Shown here: positions 12,877 to 25,927 of the stretch, in pieces
Numbering within the stretch: position 1 is the first letter of the stretch
Layout: each line of letters starts with the position of its first letter
DNA from: the human T2T-CHM13v2.0 reference genome, Homo sapiens
Assembly: GCF_009914755.1 (NCBI RefSeq)
Contig: NC_060930.1
Direction: 5' to 3' (one strand)
DNA: 64,000 nucleotides
The notes under the pieces: generated by a model
Told to the model about the DNA's origin: nothing
Seen by the model: the letters and a program-made list of their open reading frames with translations, nothing else
Database searches by the model: none
Program-made: the position numbers and the translations under genes

Positions 12877-15800
12877 TTCTTTTGAATTTTTATTTTAGGG
12901 TCAGCGGTACATAGGTAGGTTTGTTATATGGATAAATTGCTTGTCATTGGGGTTTGGTGTACAGATTATTTTGTCACCCAGGTAACAAGCATAGTACTCG
13001 ATAGGTAGTTTTTCAATCCTCGCCCTCCTCCCACCCTCCACCGTCAGGTCCCAGTGTCTGTTTTTCCCTTCTTTGATTCTATGTGTACTCAATGTTCAGT
13101 TCCCACTTAGTAGTGAGAACATGTGGTATTTGGTTTTCTGTTCCTGTGTTCACTTAGGATACTATCGTCCAGTTCTGTCTATGTTGCTGCAAAGGGCATG
13201 ATCTCATTTTTTATGCTGCATAGTATTCCATGGTGCATATGTACCACATTTGCTTTATCCAGTCTACAATTTATGGACATTTAGATTGATTCCATATCTT
13301 TGTTATTGTGATAGTGCTGCAAGGAACAATATGAGTGCATGTGTCTTTATGGTAGAATGATTTATTTTGCTGAGGTTGGGGGATGGTGGCTTACATACTT
13401 AAAATGGGATTGCTGGGTCAAATGGTAATTCTGTTTTATGTTCTTTCAGAAATTGCCACACTGGTTTCCATAATGGCTCAACTAATTTACATTCCCACGA
13501 GCAGCATATAAGTATTCCCTTTTCTATACAACCCCTCCAGCACATATTTTTTTTTTACTTCTTAATAACAGCCTTTCTGACTGGTTGAGATGGTATCTTT
13601 TTTTTTTTTTTTTTTTTTTTCTGTTTTTGAGATGGAGTTTTGCTCTGTCACTCAGGCTGGAGTGTAGTGCATGATCTCGGCTCACTGCAGCCTCCACCTC
13701 CTGGGTTCAAGTGATTCTCCTCCTCATCTTCCCAAGTAGCTGGGACTACAAGGCACATGCCACCACACCTGGCCAATTTTTGTATTTTTTGGTGGAGATG
13801 GGGTTTTACTATGTTTCCCAGGCTGGTCTGGAACTTCTGGCCTCGAGTGATATGCCTATTGCGGCTCCCCAGGTTGCTGGGATTACAGGCGTGAGTCACC
13901 ATGCCCATCCAAGTTGGTATCTCATTGTGGTTTTGATTTGTATTTCTTTAATGGTTAGTGATAAGCATTTTTTTCATATGCTTGTTGGCCACATGTATGT
14001 CTTCTTTTGAAAAGCGTCTGTTGTCCTCTGACCTTTTTTCAATGGGGTTGATTGTTTTTTGCTTGTGAATTTGTTCAAGTTTCTTATAAGTTTTGGTTAT
14101 TAGACCTTTGTCAGATGTATAGTCTGCAAATATTTTTTCCCATTTTGTAGGTTGTCTGTTACTCTGTTGATAATTTCTTCTGCTGTACAGAAGCTCTTTA
14201 GTTTAATTAGGTCCCATTTGCCAATTTTTGCTTTTGTTGCAATTGCTTTTGGCATCATTGTCATGAAATCTCTTTCCATTCCTATTTCCAGAATGGTATT
14301 TCCTAGGTTATCTTCCATGGTTTTTTAGTTTATTATTTTACATTTAAATCTGTAATCCATCTTGAGTTGATTTTTCATATGGTATAAGGGTGGGGTCCAG
14401 TTTCAATCTTCTGCATATGGCTAGCCAGTTACCCAGCACCATTTATAGAATAGGGAATCCTTTCCCCATTGCTTGTTTTTGTCAGCTTTGTTGAAGACCA
14501 GATGGTTGTAGGTGTGCAGCATTATTTCTGGACTCTCTATTCTGTCCCACTAGTCTATGTGTTTGCTTTTGTGGCATACCATGCTGCTTGGGTTACTGTA
14601 GCCTTGTAATATAGTTTGAAATTGGGTAACATGATGCCTTCTGCTCTGCTCTTTTTGCTTAGGATTGCCTTGGTTACTCAGGCCTTTTTTTTTGGTTCCA
14701 TGTGAATTTTAAATTAGTTTTTTCCTAATTCTATAAAGAATGTCATTATATATCCCATGTGAATGGGATTGCATTTTTGATTTGGCTCCCAACTTGGATG
14801 CTGTTGTTGCATGGGAATGCTACTAATTTTTGTACATGGATTTTGTATCCCAAAACTTTACTGAAGTTGTTTATCAGCTCAAGGAGCTTTGGACATTTCT
14901 ATATTATATAGAAATAGCATTGAATTTATAAATTGCCTTTGGTAAATGGCCATTTTAACAATATTGATTCCTCCTGTACATGAGCATGGCATATTTTTCT
15001 ATTTGTTTGTGTCATCCCTGATTTCTTTGAGTAGTGTTTTGTAATTCTAATTGTAGAGATCTTTCAATTCCCTGGATAACTGTATTCCTTGGTGTTATTC
15101 TTTTTATGGTTATTGTGAATGGGATTGCATTTTTGATTTGGCTGCCAACTTGGATGCTGTTGGTGCATGGGAATGCTACTGATTTTTGTACATTGATTTT
15201 GTATACTAAAACTTTGCTGAAGTTATTTATCAGCTCAAGGAGCTTTTGGGTGGAGACTATGGGATTTTCTAGGTATAGAATCGTATTGTCTGAAAACAGG
15301 GATAGTTTGACTTCCTCTCTTACTACTTGGATGTGTTTTATTTCTTTCTCTTGCCAGGTTTTCCAGTACTATGTTGACTAGGAGTGGTGAAAATGGGCAT
15401 CTTGTCTTTTTCTGATTTGCAAGGAGAATGCTTTCAACTGCTCCCCATTCAGTATAATGTTGGCTGTGCATTTGTTATATATATGTCTTATTATTTTGAG
15501 GCAGATTCCTCCAATGCCTAGTTTTTTGAGGATTTTTAACATAAAGGGATGTTGAATTTTATCAAAAGCCTTTTCTGCATGTAACAAAATAATCATGTGG
15601 TTTTTGTTTTCAATTCTGTTTATGTAATGAATCACATTTGTTCATTTGCATGTGTTGAAACAACCTTGCATCCCAGATATAAAGCCTACTTGGTCATGGT
15701 GGATTAGCTTTTTGATGTGCTGCTCAATTTGGTTTGCTAATATTTTACTGAAGATTTTTGCATCTATGTTCATCAAGGGTACTGGCCTGACCTGTTATTG

Positions 15801-18800
15801 TTGTTGTTATTGTGTCTCTGCCAGGGTTTTGGTATCAGGATGATAGTGGCCTCATAGAATGACTTAGGGAGGACTCCCTCTCCTCAATGTTTGGAATAGC
15901 TTCCATAGGAATAATACTTGCTCTTCTTTATACAAGTGGTTGAATTCAACTGTGAGTTCATCTGGTTCTGGGCTTTTTTGGATAGTAGGCTTTTTATTAC
16001 TGATTCAAATTCAAATTTTGAACTTATGATTTGTTCAGGGATTCAATTTATTCCTGGTTTACTCTTGGGAGGTTGTATGTGTCCAGGAATCTATCCATTT
16101 ATCCTACATTTTTTCATTTGTGTGTATAGAGGTATTTGTAGTAGTCTCTGAGAGTTTTTTTGTTGTTATGGGGTAAGTGGTAACATCCCGTTTGTCATTT
16201 CTGATTGACTTTATTCTTATCTGCCCTCTTTTTTCATTATTAGTCTAGCAAGTAGTCTGTCTATCCTATTTATTTCTTCAGAAAACCAACAACTCCTGGA
16301 TTCATTCATCATTTGCATGAGTTTTATGTCTCATTTTTCCTTCAGTTCTGCTTTGATTTTGGTTATTTCTTGTCTTCAACTAGCTTTGGGGTTGGTTTGC
16401 TCTTGTTTCTCTAGTTCTTCTATTTGTGATGTTAGGTTGCTGCTTTGAAATTTTTCCAACTTTTTTATGTTGATGTTTAGTGCTATAAATTTCCCTCTTG
16501 TCACCTTAGCTGTGTCCCAGATTCTGGTATGTTATATCTTTGTTCTCATTAGTTTCAAAGAATTTCTTGATTTCTGCCTTGATTTCATTATTTACCAAAA
16601 AGTTATTCTGGATCAAGTTGTTTAATTTCTGTGTAATTATAGGTTTTCAGGGACTTTCTTAGTACTGATTCCTATTTTTATTGCACTGTGATCCAAGAGT
16701 GTGGTTAGTATGATTTCAAGTTTTTAAGTGTTTGTTTGGAGATTGTTTTATTTCCAATTGTCTGGTCACTTTTAGAGTGTGTGCCATGTGCTGATGCAAA
16801 GAATGTATATTCTCTTGTCTGTGGGTGGAATGTTTTGTAGATGTCTCTTAGGTCTATTTTGTCAAGCATTGAGTTCATGTCTTGTATATTTATGTTAGCT
16901 TTCTGCCTCAATGATCGTCTTATATTGCTATTGGGGTGTTAAAGTCTTCCAATATTATTGCATAGTTATCTAAATCTCTTCATAGGTCACTAGAACTTGC
17001 TTTATGAATCTGGGTGCTCCTGTGTTCAGTACATATAATTTAGGATAGTTAGGTCTTCTTGTTGAATTGAGCCCTTAACCATTAAGTAATGCACTTCCTT
17101 GTTTCATTTTTTAAAAATCTTTGTTGGTTTAAAGTATGTTTTATCTGAAATTAGAAGAGCAACCCCTGTTTTTTTTTCGGTTTCTCATTTGCTTGGTAAA
17201 TTTTTCCCCATTCCTTTATTTTGAGTCTTTTGGTGTCACCACATGTGAGATGGGTCTCTTGAAGACAACAAACCATTTAGTCTTGCTCCTTTATCTAACT
17301 TGTCAATCTACACCTTTCAATTTTAAGGGATATTTAGCCCATTTACATTCAAGGTTAGTATTGACATGTGCAAATTTCTTCCTGTTATCATTTTGTTAGT
17401 GGGTTATTATGCAGATATTTTTGTGTGGTTTCTTTATATTGTCATTGACCTATGTACTTGTGTGTTTTTGTCGTGGCTTGTAACTGTCTTTCCTTTCCAT
17501 GTTTAGCCCTCCCTTCAGGACCTCTTGTAAGGCAAATCTCATGACAGCAAAATCCGATAGCATTTACTTGCCTGAAAAACATTTTATTTCTTCTTCACTT
17601 ATGAAGCTTACTTTGGCTGGATACAAAATTCTTGGTCAGAAATTCTTCTCTTTAAGAATGCTGGATGTAGGCTCCTAACCCCTTCTGGCTTATAGGATTT
17701 CTGCTGTAAGGCCCACTGTTAGCCTGATGGGGTTCCCTTTGTAGGTGACCTGCCCCTTCTCTCTAGCTGCTTTTAACATTTTTTATTTCATTTTCACCTT
17801 GGAGAATCTGATGACTATGTGTCCTGGAGGTGGTCTTCTTGTTTCACAGGGGTTTTTTTTGCACTTCCTGAATTTGAATGTTGGCCTATTTAGTAAGGTT
17901 GGGGAAATTTTCATGAATAATAACCTGAAATATGTTTTCCAAGTTGTTTGCTTTCTCTTCCTGTCTTTCAGGAATGCCAATGAGTCATAAATTGGGTCTC
18001 TTTAAATAATCCTATATTATTCAGAAGTTTTGTTCATTCAACTTTATTATTTTTTTTCTTTATTTGATCTTCACTGTGTTATTTCAGAAAACAGGTTTGG
18101 AGCTCTGAGATGCTTTCCTCAGCTTGGTCAATTCTGCTGTTAATACTTGCAACCGTATTCTGAAATTCTTGAAGTAAGTTTTTCATCTTTGTCAGTTCAG
18201 TTTGTTTTTTTCTGAAAATGACCATTTCATCTTTCATCTTCTGTATCATTTATTGTATTCTTTAGAATCCATGGATTGGATTTCAACTTTCTCTTAATTG
18301 TTGATGATCTTCATTCCTTTCTATCTTCTGAATTCTATTTCTGTCATTTTAGCTATTTCAGCCTGATTAAGAAAAATTGTTGGGGAACTTGTGTGGTCAT
18401 TTAGAGGTAAGGAGACACTCTTGCCTTTTGAGTTGCCAGAGTTCTTGCACTGATTCTTTTACATCTGTATAGGCTGATGCTCCTTCAACTCTCGAAGTTG
18501 CTGTCCTTTGGACATTTGTTTGTTTCGCTTGCTTGTATCTTCTTTGATGCCCTTAGGGGTTTGATTGTCGCATAAGGTGGGTTCAGTTGACTGGCTTCAC
18601 TTCTGGTAGATTTTTTTTTGGAGGGCAAGGCTCAGATCAACACTCCTGGGCTATATGCTTTAACTTGGGGGCCTGTTATCTGGCCCCCAGCTTTCTTCTC
18701 TGGCCCACTGAGGTTGGGAACCTGCTGTGCTGGAGAGGCCAAGGTTTTCCTGGATCACTCGCCACAACACTCTAAAGGACAGTGTTAGCCAAAGCAATTC

Positions 18801-19168
18801 ATTGGGCAGTGGCAGTGGGGTTCATGCTCGTTTGCACATGCCAGCAGCAGTGGCAGCATTACAGGATGAGCTCTTGTCACCTGGGGCCACTGGTGGGCCT
18901 AGGGCTGCCTGCATCCATGTGGGCATTGGCAGTGGCAGCAACCAAGGTGCAGGATGGAGGAGGGAGACAGAGCTACTGGGGTCCATGCGCATTCACTCCT
19001 GCAGTGGTGGCAGTGCAGGGGCATGGTGCTGGCCACCTTTGTGTGTGCATTAACACCAGCGATGATAGCAGCATCGGGCAGGGGGCAGAGCTACTGGTGG
19101 CCATGCGTGCATTCACACTGGTGGCAATGGCAGTGCAGGGGTGGCGGCGGGGGTGCCAATGTCCATGC
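12877..19168 (-). mobile_element. Near full-length L1PA15/16-like LINE-1 (degenerate ORF1/ORF2, GC-rich repeated 5' UTR)
   Basis: Minus-strand ORF2 remnants (14100-14318, 15378-15635, 16705-16911) and ORF1 remnant (17783-17980); 3' UTR at 12.9 kb; GC-rich UTR at 18.7-19.17 kb. Confidence 0.92.
13599..13910 (-). mobile_element. Alu (S/J-type) inserted in L1
   Basis: Poly-T then dimeric Alu; TSD ending tggtatct at 13587-13598 and 13911-13922. Confidence 0.95.
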
Positions 19169-19978
19169 TAGAAAAATCACATTTTTTTAATCACTTTGGA
19201 TCTCACCAAAAAATCAATAAGAATGGGAAAGAAGTCAAGCTTATGGTGACAAATACAAGTTTTTCACAATTCTAATTTTTACTCCAAAATTCAAATACAT
19301 TCATTGGCAAAGACATTCTAAGTTGTCTTCTTTGAAGTGATAGGCTCACTTCATTCTTCTTGAGAAAATGCCTACCAAATACCCAAGTCTCAAAAACCAT
19401 AGTTTGTCAGTTTTTCTTTCAGGAAAATATGGAGTTTAGCCAAAAAAGAACCTAATTCAGCTTACAGCACGGTGTTTTTCTTTCAGGAAAATATGGAGTT
19501 TAACCAAAAAAGAACCTAATTCAGCTTACAGCACAGTGTTTTTCTTCAAGATGTTCTGGGAACTTTGGTGTCTGGTACAAGTGCTTTAAGCCTTCCTCAC
19601 CTCCATTTTCTCATACAGAATATTCAAAAGGCATGTACTAAAGGGTCAATATTTAATAAAATTAATAATAGTTACTGATTTATCAAGGACATCCGTAAGT
19701 GAAATTGAGATTTTTTTTTTTTTTTTTTGCTTTACTGAGAGTGCATAGTGGTGAAAAATTCAATGACTACCAATAAAGTTTGTTGCCAACAGCTTTATTT
19801 ATGCTGAGGTGTTAACAGTTTTATTCATTATAGTTTTGCACCATCAGTGCAAGTTCCAACACAGTAAAAAAGGCAAACAATATTGTCATATTATGGTAAA
19901 AATACTTTTGCCCTCATGTACCACCTGAAATAGTCTTGGGACCCCAGAGATCTGCAGCTGCAGTTAGAAGTCCACTGC
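19169..19978. mobile_element. Charlie1a hAT transposon, right part
   Basis: ttgaagtgataggctcacttc...aaatacccaagtct; ttgcaccatcagtgcaa; ends gggaccccagagatctgcag...ccactg. Confidence 0.8.
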
Positions 19979-20354
19979 TTCACACTAGTGCACCAGCACA
20001 GGATTTTGTTTTAGAATAGGAGCATAATAATATTGCATTATATATGCTTATACTTTTTTATAGTATTTTGTAGTTTAGTAATGCTCTTCACAGATATTAT
20101 CTTACATTAATCACAGTATAATAGCATAAAGTTCCCATCCAATTTTTCTAGTAAATAAAAACAATAATGAAGAAAGCGAAATAAAGTGTCCAGAAATACA
20201 GATAGAATATATATAGAGAGTGTCTCTCCTGCCATGTCAGACAGAAGGCTGTAAAACAGCAATAATATTTTCCCTGAATATCTCCATTGTGAATGGTAGG
20301 ACACTTCTGGAAGCTTTCATTGCCTTTCCTTTCTGTTATTTAATAAAACACTCC

Positions 20355-23300
20355 TTGCTAGTATTTTGTTGAAAATTTTTGTGTCAATGTTCATCAAGAT
20401 TATTGGCCTGTAGTTTTCTTTTTTTGATGTGTCTTTGTCTGGTTTTGATATCAGGATAATACTAGTAGCCTCATAGAGCGAGTTTGGAAGTATTCTCTTC
20501 TCTATTTTTCTTAATAGTGTAAGCAGGATTGATATTAGTTGTTTTTTAACAACAACTGAATTTGGTAAAATTCAGCAGTGAAGCTATTGGGTCCTGGGCT
20601 TTCCTTTGTGGAGAGACTTTTTATTACAACTTTGATCTCTTTACTTGTCATTGGTCTGTTCAGGTTTTGCATATCCTCATGGTTCAAACTTGGTAGGTTA
20701 CATGTGTCTCGGAATTTTTCCATTTCTTCTAGATTTTCCAGTTTATTGTCATACAGTTGCTCCAAGTAATCTCTAATGATCCTTTGACGCTGTATCAGTT
20801 GTAATGTCTCCTTTCTAATTTCTGATCTTATATGTTTGGGTCTTTTCTCTTTCTTAGTCTGGCTAAAGAGTTATCAAATTTTTAATCTTTTTTTTAAACA
20901 ACTTTTTGTTTCATTGACCTTTTGTGTTGTTTCCTTTATTTCAATTTCATTTATTTATGCACTGATCTTTATTATTTATTTTCTTCTTCTGTTTTTGGGT
21001 GTGATTTGTTCTTGCTTTTCTAGGTCTTTAAGATGAGTCATTATGTTGTTTATTTGAGGTTTTCTTACTTTTTTGATGTAGGCGCTTATAGCCATAAACT
21101 TCCTTGGCTGGGTGCAGTGGCTCACACCTGTTATTCCAACACTTTGGGAAGCTGAGGTAGGTGTGTTGCTTGAGCCCAGGAGCTTGATACCAGCCTGAGC
21201 AACATGACAAAACCCTGTCTCTAAAAACTACAAAAAATTTAGCTGTACATGGTGGTGCATGCCTATCATTCCAGCCACTTGGGAGATTGAGATAGGAGGA
21301 TAGCTTGAGCCCAGGATGTTGAGGCTGCAGTGAGCCACGATTATACCATTGCAGTCCAGCCTAGGTGACAGCAAGAACCTGTCTCAACAAACAAACAAAA
21401 ATCTGTTTTTGCTATATCTCATAGGTTTTAGTATGTTGTGTTTCTATTATTATTTATTTCAAGAAATTTTTCAAGTTTCTCCTTAATTTCTTCCTTGACC
21501 AACTGGTTATTCAGGAGTATATTTTTAATTTCCATTTGTTTGTATAGTTTCCAAAATTTCTGTTATTGCTGATTTCTCGTATTATTTTATTTTGGTCAGA
21601 GAAGTTACTTGACAGAATTTCATTATTTTTGAATTGTTTAAGGCTTGGTTTTGGGGTCTAACATATGGTCTATCATTGACAATGAGTCATATGCTGAGGA
21701 AAGGAATATGTGTTCTGCAGCCATTGGTTGAAACGTTTTGTAAATATCTATTAGGTCCATTTGGTCTTAGTGTAGATTAAGTGTGGTGTTTTTGTTGACT
21801 TCCTGTCTGGTGGATCTGTCCAGTGCTGAAAGTGTGATGCTGAAGTCTCCAGTTCTTTTTATGATGGGGTCTCTCTCTCTCTCTCACTAGCTCTAATATT
21901 TGTTTTATATATCTGGGTGCTGCAGTGTTGGATGCATATATATTTACAAGCATTATATCCATTTGCTGAATTGATTTTTTATCATTATATAGTGAACTAT
22001 TTTGTCTTTTCCTAAAGTTTTTGTCTTGAAATCTATTTTGCCTGATATAAGTATAGAAACTCCTGCTCTTTCTGGGTTTCCATGTCATGGAATATTTTTT
22101 CCATCCTTTTCTTACCAGTGTATGCATATTTTTATATGTGAATTGTGTTTCTTGTAGGCAACAGATTATTGGGTTTGGGTTTTTTTTTTTCTATTCAGCC
22201 AGTCTATGTCTTTTAATTGGAGAGTTCAGTCTATTTACAGTCAATGTTATTATTAATAAGGTAGGACCTACACCTACAATTTTGTCATTTGTTTTCTGGT
22301 TACTTTGTGGTCTTCTCTTCTTTCTTGTCTTCATTTTAAAGAAGGTAATTTTCTCTGATGGTATGTTTTAATTTCTTGCTTGTTACTTCTTGTGTATTCA
22401 TTGGATGTTTTTTCATTTGAAGTAACCATGAAGCTTGCAAATAATATTTTATAACCCACTATTTTAAACTCATGACAATATAACACTGATTGCATAAACA
22501 AAGAAACAAGCAAATAGACAACTTATAAAAACTCTACACTTTAACTCCAACTTTTTAAACTTTTTGTTGTTTCTCTTCATATCTGATTGCACTACGTCTT
22601 GAAAAGTTGTTGTAGTTATTTTTTTGATTGGTTCATCTTTTAGTCTTTCTGCATAACATATGAGCAGTTTACATACCACAATTTCAATGTTATAACATTC
22701 TTTGTTTTTCTGTGTTTACAGTTAACAGTGAATTTTGTATTTTCAGATGATTTCTTATTGCTCATTAACATCCCTTTTTTCAGACTGAATAACTCCATTT
22801 AGCATTTCTTGTAGGACATGTGTGGTATTAATAAAATCCCTCAGCTTTTGTTTGGGCAAATCTTTATTTCTCCTTCATGTTTGAAGTATATTTTGATTAA
22901 ATAGGCTATTTTAGGGTAAGGTTTTTCCTTCAGCATATTAAATATGTCATGCCACTCTTTCACAGCCTGAAAATTCCCACTGAAAAGTTTGCTGTTAGAC
23001 ATATTGGAGCTCCATTATATGTTATTTGTTTTTTTACTCTTGTTAAAAAATCAACGATCCTTTCTTTAACTTTGACCTTTAGAAGATTAATAATTAAAGG
23101 CCTTGAAATAGTCTTCTTTGGGTGTAGTCTGATTGGTGTCCAATCAACTTCCTTGTACTGGAATACTGATAACTTCTTCTAGGTTTGGGAAGTTCTGCTG
23201 TTATCCTTTTGAATAAACTTCCTACCCCTATCTCTCTACCTTCTCCTTAAGTCCAACAACTCTTAGGTTTACTCCTTTGAGGCTATTTTCTATATCTTGT

Positions 23301-24600
23301 AGGCATGCTTCATTCTTTTTCATTTTTTTAACTTTCATTTCCTCTGTGTTATTTTCAAATATCCTCTTCTTAAGCTCACTAATTATTTCTTCTTTTTAAT
23401 TCATTCTGCTGTTAAAGGACTCTAATGCATTCTTCAGTATTCCAATTGCATTTTTCAGATCCAGAAGTTCTGCTTGATTCTTTTTAGTGTTTTCAATCTC
23501 TTTGCTACATTTCTCTGATAGAATTCGGAATTCCTTCTCTATGGTATCTCGAATTTCATTAAGTTTTCTTAACATAGCTATTTTGAATTCTCTTTCTGAA
23601 AGGTCACTTATCTCTGTCTGTCTTGGATTGTCTCTCATGCTTTATTAAGTTCATTTGCTGAGAACATGTTTTCCTGGATGGTGTTGATGCTAGTACATGT
23701 TCTTCAGTGTCTGGGTATTGAAGAGTTAGGTACCTATTTTAGTCTTTGCAATCTGAGCTTGTTTGTACCCCTCCTTCTTAGGAAAGCTTTTCAGGTATTC
23801 ACAGGTACTTGGGTGCTGTGATCTAAGTTTTTGGGCACTGCATTCTTATCTGTATTAGGTAGGCACCCCAAACCCAGTACCGATGTGTCTCTTGCAGACT
23901 CAAAGAAGTCTCACCATGGCAGCCTTTAATAAGATCTAGAAGAATTCTCTGGATTACCAATTAGAGACTTGTCTTCTCTTCCCTTACTTTCTTTCAAATA
24001 AATGGAGACTCTCTCTCTCTCTCTCCTTCTCTGTTTCTGTCTCTCACTCTGTCTCTCTCCTGAGCTGCCTGAAACTTAGGGAGGAATGCCACAAGCACCC
24101 CTGTGGCTACCATCACTGTGACTCCACTGAGTCAGACCTGAAGCTATTACAGTACTGAATCTTACCCAAAGCCCACTGTATCTACTACCTGGCTACTGCC
24201 TGTGTTCTCTTAAAGCCCTATGGCTTAAAAATCAGTAGGTCCTTCTATGAAGGGCAGTGAGTTTTCCTGGGCCACAGGCAAGTTCAGAGATGCTGTCTGG
24301 GAGCCAGGACCTATAGTAAGAAACCTTAGGTACCTACTTGGTGTTCTATTCTACTGCAGCTTAGCTGGTACCCAAACCACAAGATGAATTTCTTCCCACT
24401 CTTTCCTTCCCTTTCCACAGGGAGAGGAGCTTCTCCCCATGGTCACCCCCACAACAGACACATGAGAGTATTGCCATGGTATCACTGATGTTCACTTAAG
24501 GCCAAAAGACTCTTCGGTCAGCTTGTGGTGAATGCTGCCAGACTTGGTACTTACCCCTCAGGGCAGTGGGCTCCTCTCTGGCCCAGGATAGGTCCAGAAA
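20355..24600 (-). mobile_element. L1M/L1MA-type LINE-1 5' half (5' UTR, ORF1, ORF2 EN to start of RT), 3'-truncated
   Basis: ORF1 remnant 23396-23638 (EISDLSEREFKIAMLRKL); ORF2 remnant 20535-20765 ([12 protein letters not shown]...SPGP). Confidence 0.88.
21106..21401 (+). mobile_element. AluJ inserted in L1
   Basis: Dimeric Alu with J-type gcttgagcccagga and gaggctgcagtgagc. Confidence 0.93.
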
Positions 24601-25253
24601 GACAGAATAGTAGTTTTGAGTCAGTCTACCAATCCACAATTTTGCCTACCACATATTTGGTCTTCATTTTATGCAAATCTATATCTCTTCCCTCCCCACT
24701 CCCAACAGCCTACTCTCTAGCCACTTAGATACCAAGATATTTGCTAGTCACTTCTTTTGCCAAAACAATACTTCCAGTTATTTCTTGGCTGCTTCACATA
24801 TGTCTTCACAGATAAAATCACTATAAACCAAAAAAATGGCCAAATGACCATGTTTAACCAACTCTAGGAAAATTTTCACACTGTTTACCTCATAATGACA
24901 TAAAATTCTGACAACATAATTTGACATCATATATTCAGTTAATTTTTCTTGCATATATGTAGGGCAAAAATATCATAAAAATTCAAAACTTTTCTCAAAT
25001 CATCTAGGAAAATCGACAGTCTGTGAAGATGTGATGTTTATCTTAACTTCATGCAAGATCAGAGACTACTCTAGCCTGAGAGGCAAAATCAGGGAGGGAA
25101 CTCAATGTTATCTAATTTGGACTTTGGTAAGTTATGCAACCAAGAGTTTCCAAGGGAATATCTCTGTTATGATCCTTTAGGGATCTTCTCACAGGGTGGT
25201 TCTCAAGTGTTGGCTGGTTTCATGTATATGCTTCTAGTATAAAGACTAATACA

Positions 25254-25927
25254 TATTAAAAATAAGAGGGTGAATTCTCCCTGTTGAAAAGAAGGGAAGA
25301 GGTTTTCCTTTCCCCCTTTTTCTTAGAGTTTTTACTCTTTAAAACTTTGTAAGTACTTTATTCTCTCTTTGAAATGTATATAAATCCTTTAGGAAACCAG
25401 ATAGGCCTTTTGTCAGTACTATGGCCTAGAAATGTCTTTCTTAGGGACCTCAAAGTCAATTATTTGAAATGCAAACATCAAGGAAGATAGAACCCCCATC
25501 TTCCAATCACTGTGGGAGAGCAGAAACCTAACTTTGAGGGTACCTTGGTCCAAAACACGAAACTATCTCCTGTAATGAAAGTATGTGAAGTTTGTTTTTC
25601 CTCTGGATAAAGCCACATAGCTAACACAGATGGTTACTCCAATTATGTGTTAAAGTTTTTATAAATTATTTTTGACAAATGCTGTCAAGTCCTCTTACAT
25701 GAGGATGAGTTGTTATCTATTTTAAAAACATGTATATAATGCGTTATATCTGTTTGGCTATTTCAAAGGGAAAGATTTCCTTCTGTTTTTGCATTTTAGT
25801 GGATTACCTGTGCAGAACATACTGGCTTAATGCTTATTCAATAATAAGAGTGCTTCCTATCACCACCTTTGTCAAGAAGATTTCCAAGTTAGGAGAAGAT
25901 ATTGTTTTTAATTATATTTCCCTAACA
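25254..25927 (+). mobile_element. ERV1 solo LTR (MER67C-like)
   Basis: About 675 bp, ends attatatttccctaaca; cctctggataaagcc..agctaacacagatgg and aatgcttattcaataataa motifs. Confidence 0.7.

Noticed and set aside
18587-19190. GC-rich overlapping ORFs as a gene or CpG island
   Set aside because: Antisense reading of the repeated L1 5' UTR; CpG-depleted.
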